Positions 1-11,800 of a stretch of 31,530 bases of DNA are shown here, piece by piece. The notes under the pieces were generated by a model that saw nothing but the letters and a program-made list of their open reading frames with translations, was not told where the DNA came from and ran no database searches. Source of the stretch: Macrostomum lignano (Eukaryota); assembly GCA_002269645.1 (NCBI GenBank), contig NIVC01000927.1, positions 308,359 to 339,888 of the forward strand, written 5' to 3'. Positions within the stretch are counted from its first letter, which is position 1, and each line of letters opens with the position of its first letter. The position numbers were made by a program, and so were the translations under genes.

Positions 1-1277
1 AAAATAGTTTATATCTAGATGATAAAACCAAGGACTACTCAAGTAGAAAGATGGGAAATCTATGTTTTTAGAAAATGTTAAGGAGAGACTGGTTTCTACC
101 AAAAATACACAATAAGATAGAAAGTTTTCATTTGTCTATCACAAAAATTTTTATTGCTTTTGATAGGAGGCAGACCCAATGTTCAGCTTTTTGATCTGTT
201 GTGCTTTCTTGTAGCTCTATGATATTTATAAAGCTTTTGTTAGAAAATTATGATTCTTTATTAACTTTTTATTATTATACATTTCCTATACTTAAAATCC
301 TATACCTGAAAATGCATGGCACAGCTTGCTCTGGTTTTATAAATCTATTTTAGCATCTCCATTACACATATTATTACACAGTCAGCTAAGAATGATAAAA
401 TTGATCATAAAACCAATGAACTAAGCCATGCCATTTTATGGTTTTTAGGCATAGGACATATGCAATTGTATATAGAAAAAAATTAATTAAAATTCTAATA
501 TTTAACTTAATTTTTCAATGAATGATTTGAATTCTTCAACACTATAGGGCCTTTTTATAAGCTAGCCTGCATTACTGAGCATTCTATAAAGCTAGAACCA
601 TAAGATCTACCTATAGTAAATGACACAGAAGAATCTAAATGGAAGGTGGGGACTATAAGCATAGACTACTATTGATTTTATGTGTTAAAGACAAATAATT
701 CTTTTTTGGGTTCAAAATATAGAATACAATACAGTACTAGTGATATACCAATATAATTCAAGGTGAAGTGTCTAACTTTTGCTATCAAAAAAGTGGGGGC
801 AATATATAACTGGACAATATTATGGTACACACCTTAATCTAATTGAGTTTAATTGAACAATTCTTTCTAAAAATATAACCAATGATTATGTACACAATAT
901 TATATTTACAATATTTGATAGGAGACACCAATGAATAATATTGTGATAGAACAGAACAATAAATAGTATTATGTACATATGCATTGGGTATATAAGTATT
1001 TGCAGAAATTATTATGTTTATCAAGTATAAATATGATAAGAAATATCATAGTATAGGAAGACATATAGCAGGACTAAATATTTTTAAATAAGCTCATATA
1101 GCTATATAAAATAAAATATAATAATAATCCATATACTAGTTTAATCTAAAATTAGTTCTTACTTGTCATTATTAGTCCTATTAGAAAATAAGTTCATTAT
1201 CTTATTACTATCTCAAATATAACAACAATAACTAAAGATTTATAGTTACTTTTTTGATATAACCATAGATTAAATGA

Positions 1278-3135
1278 CTGTATAAAGAATCTAAGACCAA
1301 GGTTATGGTAGGCAATCAGTGCAGTGACTGGTTTAGGGAAAAGTGTGAATGAGATAAGGATATATCCTATCACTTACTCTTTTCAATTGTTTCCTAGAAT
1401 AGATAATGATAAAAACCATAAAGGAACTAGATAAGGTTAGAATCAGCTATGGAGGAATGAATATAAAAAACTTTGCTTACAAGAATGATTTGATTGGCAA
1501 GGATAAATAAAAATTGAAAGAAATGACAACAAAGCTTGACAGAATTTCAAAAATGTTTGTCATGGAAATCAGCACAAAAAGAGCAAGACAATAGTAATAA
1601 GAAATGGTAAAAACAAAATCAAGCCAGGGATTATGATTGATAGAGAAGAACTAGAATAGATTAAATATCTTTAAGTTTAAATATCTAGGGGCAACCATTA
1701 TAGAAAATGGGACATTGGAAGAACATAGTAAAATCAAAATTGGCATTGCAACCAGCTCAATAATAATGCTTGATGAACTTTGGCAACTCAAAAAAGTTGG
1801 TTTAAAATTTGCCTCAAGATCAAAGTGGTCACATGGGTGACATGACACTGCTCTATAGGTGCAAGAGCTAGACTCTAGGAAAGAAAAGTATAAAGACATT
1901 CATTTTTTAAATTAAATATTACAAAAATGCTTAAGGTTTCATAGAAAAGGAAAAGAAAATGCATCTAGGTTTAGAGTAAAGTTAGAAAAGGTATTAGGAA
2001 AGAGAAAGAATCTTTAGAGATCAGCTCAAATACTATAGGCATCAAACAAAGAAAGGAGTGCAGTGATCTGCTAGTTTGGTGTTAGGCATTGCATTATTGT
2101 CAGCAGCTTTCCTCGTCCTTGCCCTGGGTTGCTGACTGTGGCTGGACAGCCTCTCTCCCTTTTTGCTGCCTGTTCTCTGGTGCCCCCTCTTCTTTGCACT
2201 CTTGCTTATAGCCACAAGCTTCTCTGCTGTGGCCTGCTCTGCATTTCATTCCTGTCCTGAGGTCACGCTAGTGGCCTGTTTCCCTTGTCATGTGAGCAAG
2301 TCACTTGACAAGTCTTGTTTTCTCAAAGTCCTAAAGTGTATTAAACATGTTTACTAAGGTAATTTAGGTGACTCATGTTTCTAAAAATAGATACTGAGTC
2401 ATGCAGCCCTATGCACTTTACCCACAGACCCTGCCTTCTCTAAGGGAGGGTGACATAAGTTCTAAAAATAGAACAGAGTCACAACCACAACAAGGTCTAG
2501 CGCACACTGGCATAGCGAGGACTCCCTGCCATAAATATGCGCCCCTCACCCTTGGTTCTATCAAGGATTTTTCTTCTTATTGTGCTTTTTTAGTCTAGTT
2601 TGCCAGACTTTGTTATTGTTTTCTAAGCCCCTAAGTCTTCTGTCTTAATCTAGTTTCCCATTTAAGCTATCTGTCGCCTGACTAAAGATTAGATGCCCAA
2701 GCCTAAAGGAGGCTAACACTGCCTTCCTAGCCATTCCCTAAGCCCAATAGGATCTGCTGACCAGAACACCTTGTTCATTAATCTTCAAATCTGCATGCTG
2801 TGCTGAGTTTGTTGAATTGGTTATTTTGTTCCAATGGGAAGCTCACCTCATCTAAGGCCAAGACCTAAAGGAACTGGTGGTAGCACTACCTATGCTACTA
2901 AGAGCTTCTAGTTGAGAAGATGGAGAGCCCAAATCACTGTGCTAGACAGCAAAAGAAGCACAAGTACAAAAGGAGCTATAGCAAATGTCTTTATTCAAGG
3001 AAAAATAGGTGAAAGAAAAGGAAAACCAAAAAGGCAATAGAAAGATATCTAAAAGAATAGACTAGATAGACAATAGAGAGGCTAAGAAAAGTAGCAAAAG
3101 ACAGGCAGTAATAGAATAAGCTAGTGCATGAATAA
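1278..3135 (+). pseudogene. Decayed RTE-clade non-LTR retrotransposon (reverse transcriptase domain and C-terminal tail), interrupted by an insertion at 2059-2968
   Basis: Manual translation across stops and frameshifts gives MR*GYILSLTLFNCFLE*IM (RQGxxLSPxLFN motif), ISYGGMNIKNFAY..ND (degraded YADD), EMTTKLDRISKMFVMEIS, FKYLGATI.ENG, LKYYRHQTKK//GAIANVFIQGKIGERKGKPKRQ* and RLRKVAKDRQ**NKLVHE. These match RTE/BovB-type ORF motifs in the expected order. Confidence 0.8.
2059..2968. mobile_element. 910-bp insertion with TG...CA termini (solo-LTR-like) inside the LINE
   Basis: Begins TGCAGT and ends AGTACA. Flanked by a direct repeat AAAGGAG (2052-2058 and 2969-2975). Removing it plus one repeat copy restores the LINE frame HQTKKG-AIANVFIQGK. 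Confidence 0.6.
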
Positions 3136-3516
3136 GTATAGGGGCCTAACTACAACCATTATAACTATAACAAAAAAGAACTACAAATGTGTCTATACAA
3201 TTTAAATTGATACTGAAGCTAAGATATACAGTTGGAACTTAACTATTAATAATAATAAAACAAAAACCTAAGCCTAACTACCAAAATACAAAATAGTAAA
3301 GTTTGTAAACTTAGTGTAAGTCTGGGTTTTTATTTATGCATAGTATATCTTTACACCTTAAATTTTAAAATTCCACAGTTAAATTTGAAAATCAAATATA
3401 GTTTAGGTGTAGTGTTACAACCAATTTTCATAGAAATTTCTGCTATTTAAAATTAAAATGAGAAGAAAAGAAGCTTGCACTTTAACCTCTAATTATACTT
3501 TGAAATTAGGCATAGA

Positions 3517-3812
3517 CTTACATGCGCAACAGTCGGCCGAGTCGGCCGACTGATTTGGCAGCCAATCAAGGAAGTCGCAAAAATGCCCACCCGAAAAATA
3601 CCAAAGTAGTATTACTAAGTAGCTGACGAGGCATTTTGACCTAATAATACAGTCATAGTTACTCCTGCCGTTTACCCAAAGTTGCATTAATTTTGCTTTA
3701 CATTTTTTATTACATGTACCTGGTAAGTCGCATTTTTGGCCAAAATTTACGTTGCATTTTTGTTAAAACTAAGTTGCATGGCCAACCGAATTTTGGAGGT
3801 TGCGCATGTATG
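3517..3812. mobile_element. hAT-type MITE (296 bp)
   Basis: 14-bp TIRs CTTACATGCGCAAC / GTTGCGCATGTATG (13/14 match). 8-bp TSD GGCATAGA at 3509-3516 and 3813-3820. Internal hairpin AGTCGGCCGA-G-TCGGCCGACT and repeated GTTGCAT. Confidence 0.8.
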
Positions 3813-4463
3813 GGCATAGACAATTAGTGATTTTGTTTCTAGCAAAAATCCGCAGAGATCTTTTTGGATATGGTATTTACATATAATTTATTAGCATGCT
3901 ATATGTAGTTTTATATTTTTTTAAATTAAAAATCTACTATTGTATTGTATTTTTTGTTTTAAGTGATTGTCATATGTTGTGTCATATCTATATGACTTTA
4001 CAGTATATATATACATCTAGTTATATATTCCTTTTTTTATTTTAAAAAAGTTGCTTGCAAAAATTGTTTTTTTGTTTTCTTTTTTACAAATCTTTTAAAT
4101 AAACTACTAAATATCAAATAGTATTGAATACTTTGTTAAAACTTTTTTTGTTAAAAGGGTTTGTTTTAAATATTTGCTTAGCTGTTGGCTTTGCTTAAAA
4201 TTATCAAATGACCCTAAAATTGAGGCAAATGAGACTTGCAAAATCCAAAATGTAATAATGATAATAATAATAACAATATTGATTTTGGATAGAAAGTTAG
4301 CAAGATGTTAAAATGACACTGTCACACTGTGACTTCAATGGAAAGTCATAAAACATAGTAATAACAATTACTTTGAGCTACACCATGATATATGTTATAA
4401 TAAAAAAGTTTAATATAGTAGCAACATTTAATGGGAATACACAAACTAAACACAACAGTACCT

Positions 4464-4568
4464 GGATACTTTGTCATCTTATAACTTTGTCATCCAGATG
4501 ACGATCTGTCCAATATCTCAGAGGGTGGATGACGAAGTGACCCTTAGACTTGTGGACACTTCGTCATC
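4464..4568. repeat. Cluster of direct and inverted CTTYGTCATC motifs, probable subterminal region of the adjacent Mutator-like element
   Basis: CTTTGTCATC twice and CTTCGTCATC once forward. GATGACG and GATGACGAAG reverse. GATGACGAAGTG pairs with CACTTCGTCATC. Lies ~100 bp upstream of the MULE coding remnant. Confidence 0.45.
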
Positions 4569-4699
4569 TATAAAACAAAAGTTTTCAAAGTTAGAACAAA
4601 ACCCCTCCTCCCCTCCCACATCACCCCCAACATGCACATGATTTTGTTTTTTTAAGACATTGTGTTGTACTCTATCAACTGCTACTTGCGCCAAGGAAT

Positions 4700-5467
4700 G
4701 AACCTAAAAAATGTCCTGCTTGTCTTCACTATAATGTCAGGCAAGTCTATTCACAACTACAACGCCATTTTTAATGTGCTGAGAACCCTGGTTGCTGGTC
4801 AAGCCATGCCAGAGGCCTGTGTTCTGGATTTTGAAGCCGCTGTATGGCAGTCTCTGCACACTCTTTTTCCCATGCAAAATTGCAGGGCTGCCTCTTTCAC
4901 TATGGCCAAGCAATCTTCTGTCAGGTGCAGCAGCAGGGCCTCCAGCAAGCCTACTTGGCTGATCCTGGCACTCTGGAGTTCTGCCGCATGCTAATGGCGC
5001 TGCCGTATCTGCCAGCTGAACACATGGCAGAAGGCCTGGCCCAGACTATTGCTAGGGTGCAGTTGCCGGAACTGCTCGACCTGGCTGAATACGTCAGCAG
5101 CACTTGGCTAGAGAATCTAGTGCATGGCATAAGAGAAATCAGCGTATTTGGCCAGGCTATCTGAACTAACAACAAAGTTAAAGGCTGGCACTGTCACATG
5201 CAGCAGAGGGTGGAGCAAAATCAGCTGACACTCTACCCTCTGATGGAACTGTTGCACAAGGAGGCTCAGCTGGTGCCAATATACACTGCCTTGGTGCACG
5301 AGCAAACTGCTAACGAGCACCACCAGAAAATGCAGTATCAGCAGCTTCAAGAATTAGCAGAGCTTAACTGGGCAAAATATCGAACCAGCGAGCTCTCTGT
5401 GCGCAGCTTTTTGATCAGGTACAGTCGCCTAGGCCACATTCCCCATTTTGGTAGGCAAGCTGAATAA
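4700..5467 (+). pseudogene. MULE (Mutator-like) transposase pseudogene fragment
   Basis: VLDFEAAVWQSLHTLFP / AKLQGCLFHYGQAI..QVQQQGLQQAY..D...EFCRMLMALPYLP, then I*TNNKVKGWH (RTNNxxEGWH motif). Frameshift near 4870 and in-frame TGA at 5162-5164. Confidence 0.85.
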
Positions 5468-5675
5468 GTAGAATTAAATTTCATGTTAAAAGCAAAGTGA
5501 CATTTTTTTACTCCCTCTCCCCTCTGCCTCCTTTTAGCGCCCAATTTCTTCTTTGTGACTGTGTCTTTGTGCCTTCAATCTTTGTGCCAAGTGTATTTAT
5601 ATACTACACTCATACTCATATTCCATGACAAGTATATACTCATACTATACTAGATACATACGAGATGACAATCTT

Positions 5676-7933
5676 TATGGTTCTAGCTAGGGGGGGCCTG
5701 GGCCCCCAATTAAGCCACAGGCCCCCCTGTGCCCCCCCCGCAATTAAGCCACAGGTCCCCTGTGGCCCACCCCTACTTTCAGTTTTTTTCACTTTGGATT
5801 TTCCAAAAAATAGTTTGAAAAACCCATTTTTTTCTTTTTTTGCAATTTTAATTTTAGAAACAATAGTTTTTATACAAGCACTTGTAAGCTGTTGAAACCT
5901 GTGGATCTTGAACCCGTGGAATTCCAATCCCGGGAATTATTTTTGCACATATTCTAGAATTTTAAGTCATACTCAAACAAAAACTTGTTAATAGTTAGGA
6001 TGGAAATGAACATAAAATAGAGTAAATTCATGTAAAATTAAGATTTGAGGCAAGCATGATCTTGTTGGCTAGGATGCTATGCAGAATATCAGGCAACGTT
6101 GATCTAAAACATGTATTGGAAAAGTCAGGAAAACTCTGACCTCTGTCTCTGCCTCTCTCTATATGTACATCCCTCGGATCCTTTGAAACTTCTATCTTTG
6201 CTTCTGTTTCCTCTCTTTTCTCTCATCTTTTGTCTCTCCTGTCATCTCTTCTTTCCTCTTTCCTCTCTTCTCTCTCCCCTCTTCTTTTGTCTCTTCCGCC
6301 ACCTCTCTTCTCTCACGTCTTTTCTCTGATCCCTCCTTTCTCTTCTTTTATCTCTGCACTCTTATCGCTTCACATTTCTCTTTTTTCTTGCCTCTCTCTT
6401 CTCTCATCTCATCTCTTCCCTGTTCTTTCCTCTCTCCTCTCTCCTCACTATTTTCTCTGCTCTCCTCTCTCTTCTCTCCCCTCTACTCTCGTCTCTTCCC
6501 TTTCCTCTCTTTTCTCTCTTCTCTTCTCTTCTCTTCTCTCTCATCTCATATCTTCTCTCCTATTTCCTCTCTCCTCTCTCCGCTCCCCATCTTTCTTCTC
6601 TCTACTTTCTCCTCTCTCCATTCTCTTCTTTCTTCTCCCTCTTTCCCCTGTTGTTGATTCTCTCCCTCTTCTCTCTTTACTCCACTTCTTTCTCCCTTTG
6701 TATCTCTTCTCTGCTCTTACACATTTTTCTTCTCCCTACTCTCTCCTCTCATCTCCATAATCTCTTCTCTGTCCTCTGTTCTCTCTACTCTCCTATCTCT
6801 TGTCTGTTTACTCTCATCTCTGTTCTCTGTTCTCCCCTCTCTCTTCTGTCAACTTTAATCTCTTATATGTTCTCTCATGTCTTTCCCCTATACTCTTTTA
6901 TTTCCATTCTTTGACTCCTCTCTTTCCTTTCTCCTCTCTTCTCTTCTCTTGTCTCTTCTCTTCTCTCTCCACTTTCCTCTCTCTTCTCTTTCATATCTCA
7001 TTTCTTATTTTTCCTGTCATCTCTACCACCTTATCTCTTTTCTCTTAACTTTACTCTTTCGTCTCTCATTTTTTTCTTTTATCTTTGCTTGCTCTCTTAT
7101 CTCTTCTCATTTCTCTCTGCTTTCCACTCTCCCCTCTTCTTACTTCTCACTCTCCTATCTCTCAAAACTTCCCTCCTCACTTCTTTCTACTTCTCTGCTC
7201 TCATTTCTCATCTTTCCTATCTATCTCCTCTCTCCCTGATCTCTAATCTGTACTATCCTTTTTAACATCTCTTCTCTCTTCTCTCTGCTTGCTTATCTCC
7301 ACCCTTTCTAATCTCTCCCTTCTCCACTCTCATCTTTCTACTCTCTCCTCTCTCATCTCTACTCTCTTCTATTTGCTCTCTACTTTCTCCTATCTTTTCT
7401 CATCTCTACTCTTTTCTATCTCCTCTCTTTATCCTTTATCCTATCTACTTCATCCTATCTACTCTCTCCTCTTTCATCTCATCTCTCCCTCTTCTCACCT
7501 CTATTCTCTCCTCCTATTTATCCCTCCCTACCCTCTCCCCTTCTTCTCTGCCTTTTCCTCTCAGTAAAAATATATACTTTGCAGAAATTAGCCAATAATT
7601 AAATGAACCAACAGAGTTTTTTGATGAAAATCTGCCAGGAAAAGTAAACTGTAAAGTTAAATGAATTTGTGTTCAGCTTTCTATTCAAAAAATTTCCAAT
7701 TGCAAATCCTAAAAAGTGTTCTTGGGCAAAAAACATTTAGAATGTTAGTTAAATCAACTTAGCTATAGCATTCATTCTTTGCAAGATCTTTTTTGGATGT
7801 CATTTTTACTTTTTGGTAAAAATTAGCTTTTATAATAATTAAAAAACTCAATTCAAGATGTTAGTATTGCCCCTTAAGTTTTTACTGGGCCCTAACTGGG
7901 CCCCCCATCCTGAAAACTCTGGACGCGCCCCTG
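5676..7933. mobile_element. Possible non-autonomous DNA element with GGGCCC-rich ends enclosing the polypyrimidine tract
   Basis: Right end GGGCCCCCC...GGACGCGCCCCTG (to 7933) resembles CAGGGGCG-type transposon termini. The left end TATGGTTCTAGCTAGGGGGGGCC is only a degenerate counterpart. No TSD found, so the two ends may be unrelated. Confidence 0.3.
6190..7563 (+). repeat. ~1.4-kb low-complexity polypyrimidine (CT-rich) tract
   Basis: Very G-poor, C/T-dominated aperiodic sequence. The overlapping L/S/F-rich ORFs are by-products. Confidence 0.95.
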
Positions 7934-8833
7934 CCTAGGCCTAGGCTATATATCTAGGCCTACTTAATATTAAATAGGCCCTATTTTGTGGACCTAGTAG
8001 ACAAAATGATAATAGGCCTATGCCGCCTATCATAGGCCCCTATTTTTTGTAGACAAAAGAGTGGCAAATAGGGGGCCTAAACTGGTAACAGACAAAACAA
8101 TTGTCAACTGTCTATACTAGGCAATGGTATGGTATACAAGCTAGGGCCTAGGCCTACCGCCTACTGCCAAAAATTATTTATTGATGAGCTAGAAAATACT
8201 AGGGCCTAATCAAAAGACAATTTGTCAAATAGGATGTTTCATTGATTTAACTTCAGTATAAAAAATGGTGTTAAAAAATAAAACACATTTTATTTTTTTT
8301 TGTATTGACATATGCTTCAAGGCGCACAAAATTTTGACAAATTGTCCAACTGAGATCACGAAGAATATTTTCAACGAAAATTGTCGTTGTACCTTGCAAA
8401 TAAATCATTAAACAAAAGACAAATTCGTGACTAAGTACGGTAAAGACTTAAAAATGCGCCATTATTTACAGAAAAAATGTAATATATACCACTGTTTGTG
8501 CCCAGCCCGTCGTCCAACGGTAGGCCTATATTGAAATAATTAATTATTCACGGTGTTTTATTAATTCTATAAGTTTAAACAAACAGCTAAGAATAAGCTC
8601 GCATAAAGGACGCTTAGTAATCGAATTTTCTAATTAAACTATTAACCCTATTTCTGTGTAACATTTTTTATGAAATGCTGTTTTTTAATTTTTTATGTGT
8701 TTCTTATATTTATTTACATCTGAGCCCAGCGTTAAAAATCTTTTTTCAAGCTGAATCATTGCGCTACTTCAGTCGATGTAAATTAATTTCTGTTTAACTC
8801 TCTAAAAGATCGCTTTAAGGTGTTTACATCGTC

Positions 8834-8878
8834 ATGGATGTCGAGTACGATATTATTGTTTTGGGTACTGGACTGAAG
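8834..8878 (+). CDS. GDI: Rab GDI exon 1 ([15 protein letters not shown]); not in the ORF track
   Basis: ATG at 8834, 15 codons matching the GDI N-terminus, then donor AAG|GTAATT. Confidence 0.93.
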
Positions 8879-11800
8879 GTAATTTTTGTTTTTGTCATTC
8901 TTTAGTAGCTGAGTTTTTTTACTATAAATTGTCATTCAGTAATTTACCACTGCACTGACTTCACTACTAAGTAATTTGCAAACACTAAAAAAATGACTAG
9001 ACATCACAGGAATCTAAGACAAGAGTAAACTTAAGTGGCAAGTTTTCAAATAGATATAAATATAAAAGCTAAAAAATTGTCTAATAATAGGTCTAACTTT
9101 TGATAAATCAGTTATCTAGATCTAGACTAGTGAGTGTATAGTCTATTGATAAGATTATAGTGATATTTTAAATGGCAATGCTTTTTTAGCTAGCATTGGT
9201 CAAATAAGCTCATCACTATTTCGCTAATACCATTAAAAATGTAACTTTTTTATTTAGTTGGCATTAGTCAAATAAGCTCATCAATTGTTTAGCTAGCAGT
9301 CTTGCCCTATTACTAGTTAGGATAGATTTCTTACACAAAGTTGTTACATGTTTATATGCAAATAATTATATATTGTCAATTCTATGCATACTTGTGTTTA
9401 TATACTTTTAGTAAAGGTATTGGCAATGCCTAGAGTTCTGGCATTAGAACCCATTTTCTAATGGATACAGATTAGGCAGTCCATAGTCCAGATCATGTAG
9501 TGCGCCCGGAATTTTCTGGCATGCATTTGCTTTCAGCTGGCATGCATGGCGTGCATTGGTATATATTTTAAGGGGTTAGCATACACTTTGGCATGCAAGG
9601 CGTGCATGGCATGGATGGCAATGGTTTAGCGTGCAATTGTATATTGCATTAAAAAAGAGATCAAATATGTGTTTCATGTATCTGTATGTACAATTATAAA
9701 TATTAACCAATTAAATAACAGACTTTGCATGACTAAAACAAAATGTTCTGTTATCTGTAAAAACATTTTTAAGTTTTGTAAATTGGAATGTAAATACTAT
9801 AAAAAAATAAATTGTTCTGTTTAATATTGCTTTTTGGTAAATACAAAAATGGAAGCAAGTTTGTCTCTTTAAAGCAAAAAATGTGTTACGTCTTTTTATA
9901 CAAATTTATTATCCATATTATCAAGTCAAGTCACGGAAGTCGACAATTGCCTATATTCTCTATCACGCTGCCCCTTTATTGGCGCTACCTGATGTGCAAC
10001 ATTGGCGTGAACTGGTGTGCAATTTGAAAAAACTCTGCATCCTTGGCGTGCAAACAAATTTTTCACAATTTTTTTTCTGGCATGCATTCAACATGATCCG
10101 GACTATGGCCGGCAGTGCCATTATAATATAGATAAAACATTATATTTTTCTTTCTATAGGTGGCTAATATTAAGATTTTTTCTAGATTAAAATTTAAGAT
10201 GATATGATAAAATTCAAGATGAGATGTTTCTAGTATTCAGACTTCTTAAGATATGTTCTTAGCAGTCTTTATATGCTTCTATATGGCACTGCTAGATCCC
10301 TAGCTATTAGAAAATGGGTTCCAGTGCTGGAACTCTAGCCATTACCAAAGGTATATGCTTGTGTGCACTTGTACAGAAAGAATCACAGGCTTTTGACTAG
10401 TGATGGATTGAAATTCGATTTCGATTTTGATATTCCAAATTTCGAAGCTAATTTTGCATCAAAATAATTTCGATTTCGATTTCGAATTTCGACACCATTC
10501 ATCAAAAATCATTTCGAAATTTTGGTTATATTTTAACAATTTAGACATTGATGATTATGCTACACGAGAAAGAAAATCTATAGGAAGTGAAAGGAAGTGC
10601 GGTTCAAAGACTCAGTGGGGAGGTGAGAATCGCCTTTTCTACAAGAAAGATTGTGCGGGACACACTCTGTTCCAGGCCTTGTGCTGCACCCACCTCAACC
10701 TCCACAAGCCCACTGGCTGAACTCATCGGCGTGGATTTTAATTAGCTAAAGACTTTTGAAATGGATATAAGTATAATACAACTTCTACTATATTTCTATG
10801 TACAAGTGTATAATACATAATACACTAGCATTTTCTATTTCGTATTTTTAAAGTAAGTTAAATCTTTCTGTATTCTGGTTTAAACATATCAAAGATACTT
10901 TTTATAAAACATGTAAGCTCATACATGCAGAGGCAAGGTGTTAACCTTTTTGCATGATTAGCGAAAAAGTAAAAATTTGTTAAGCTCAAAAATTTCGATT
11001 TCGATTTCAATTCTAAAGAACCGAAAATTTTAATTTCGATTTCGATTTGAAAAATAATTTCGATCCATCACTACTTTTGACTTTTATATATAATGGTAAG
11101 TTTAACATTAGGCAGTTTTTATTGTTATTGTGACCATATAAATAGTAAGATGGTTATTTTTATGGTCAACACTTAAAATAAATACCATCTAAATAAAGTG
11201 ATAAACTTGCTATACAAATACTAAGAATAAAATGGTTAAATTTAAAAATATTTGAAATTTTTTTTTAAAAAAAGTATTTCTTATTTAACAAAACAAGGCC
11301 TTGTGTCTATTTAGCTAAATCCACTTTTCTTTGGCTTTAGTAGAGTATTTGTAGACTTAATGCAAACCAGTTTTCACTAAGACTAAAAATGGCTTGACAG
11401 GCTGCATGCAATGTAAAATTAGAAAGAAGGCAACATCATAGTCTGGATCATGGCAGGCTTATGCTAAGATAAAAAATCTAGTTTTTTGTTTTATGCAAGC
11501 AAGAAAAATGTATACCAAAAATAATATTACTTAGGCCTATACATCCAACTTTTTACAATATATTCTTTTCAAAACAAAAAAATCCTAAAATTTAAAGTGT
11601 CAATCTTTCCAGAAATTTTTATTCTTTGTTTTACTTTTTTTCTATTAGTTTTTTAATGAGGTTAGATTACCTATTTTTTGGTTGAAGTTTTGATTGAAAC
11701 AAATTGTTTTAGTTTACTAGGTTTTTTACTAGCCTTTTATAGTGTAAATAAGATTAATAAAAGTTTTTGTATAGCCTTAGTATGTTATTAACTAACTACA

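Noticed and set aside
415-459. NELSHAILWFLGIGH as a metzincin zinc-binding motif
   Set aside because: The first His is absent, the spacing is wrong and the frame is short, so it is likely chance.
6111-7567. L/S/F-rich ORFs of up to 176 aa
   Set aside because: Artefacts of a stop-poor polypyrimidine tract.
10560-10740. GC-richer interior of the hAT MITE as transposase or captured gene
   Set aside because: Only a faint [10 protein letters not shown] resemblance to a hAT C-terminus, too weak to call without a search.
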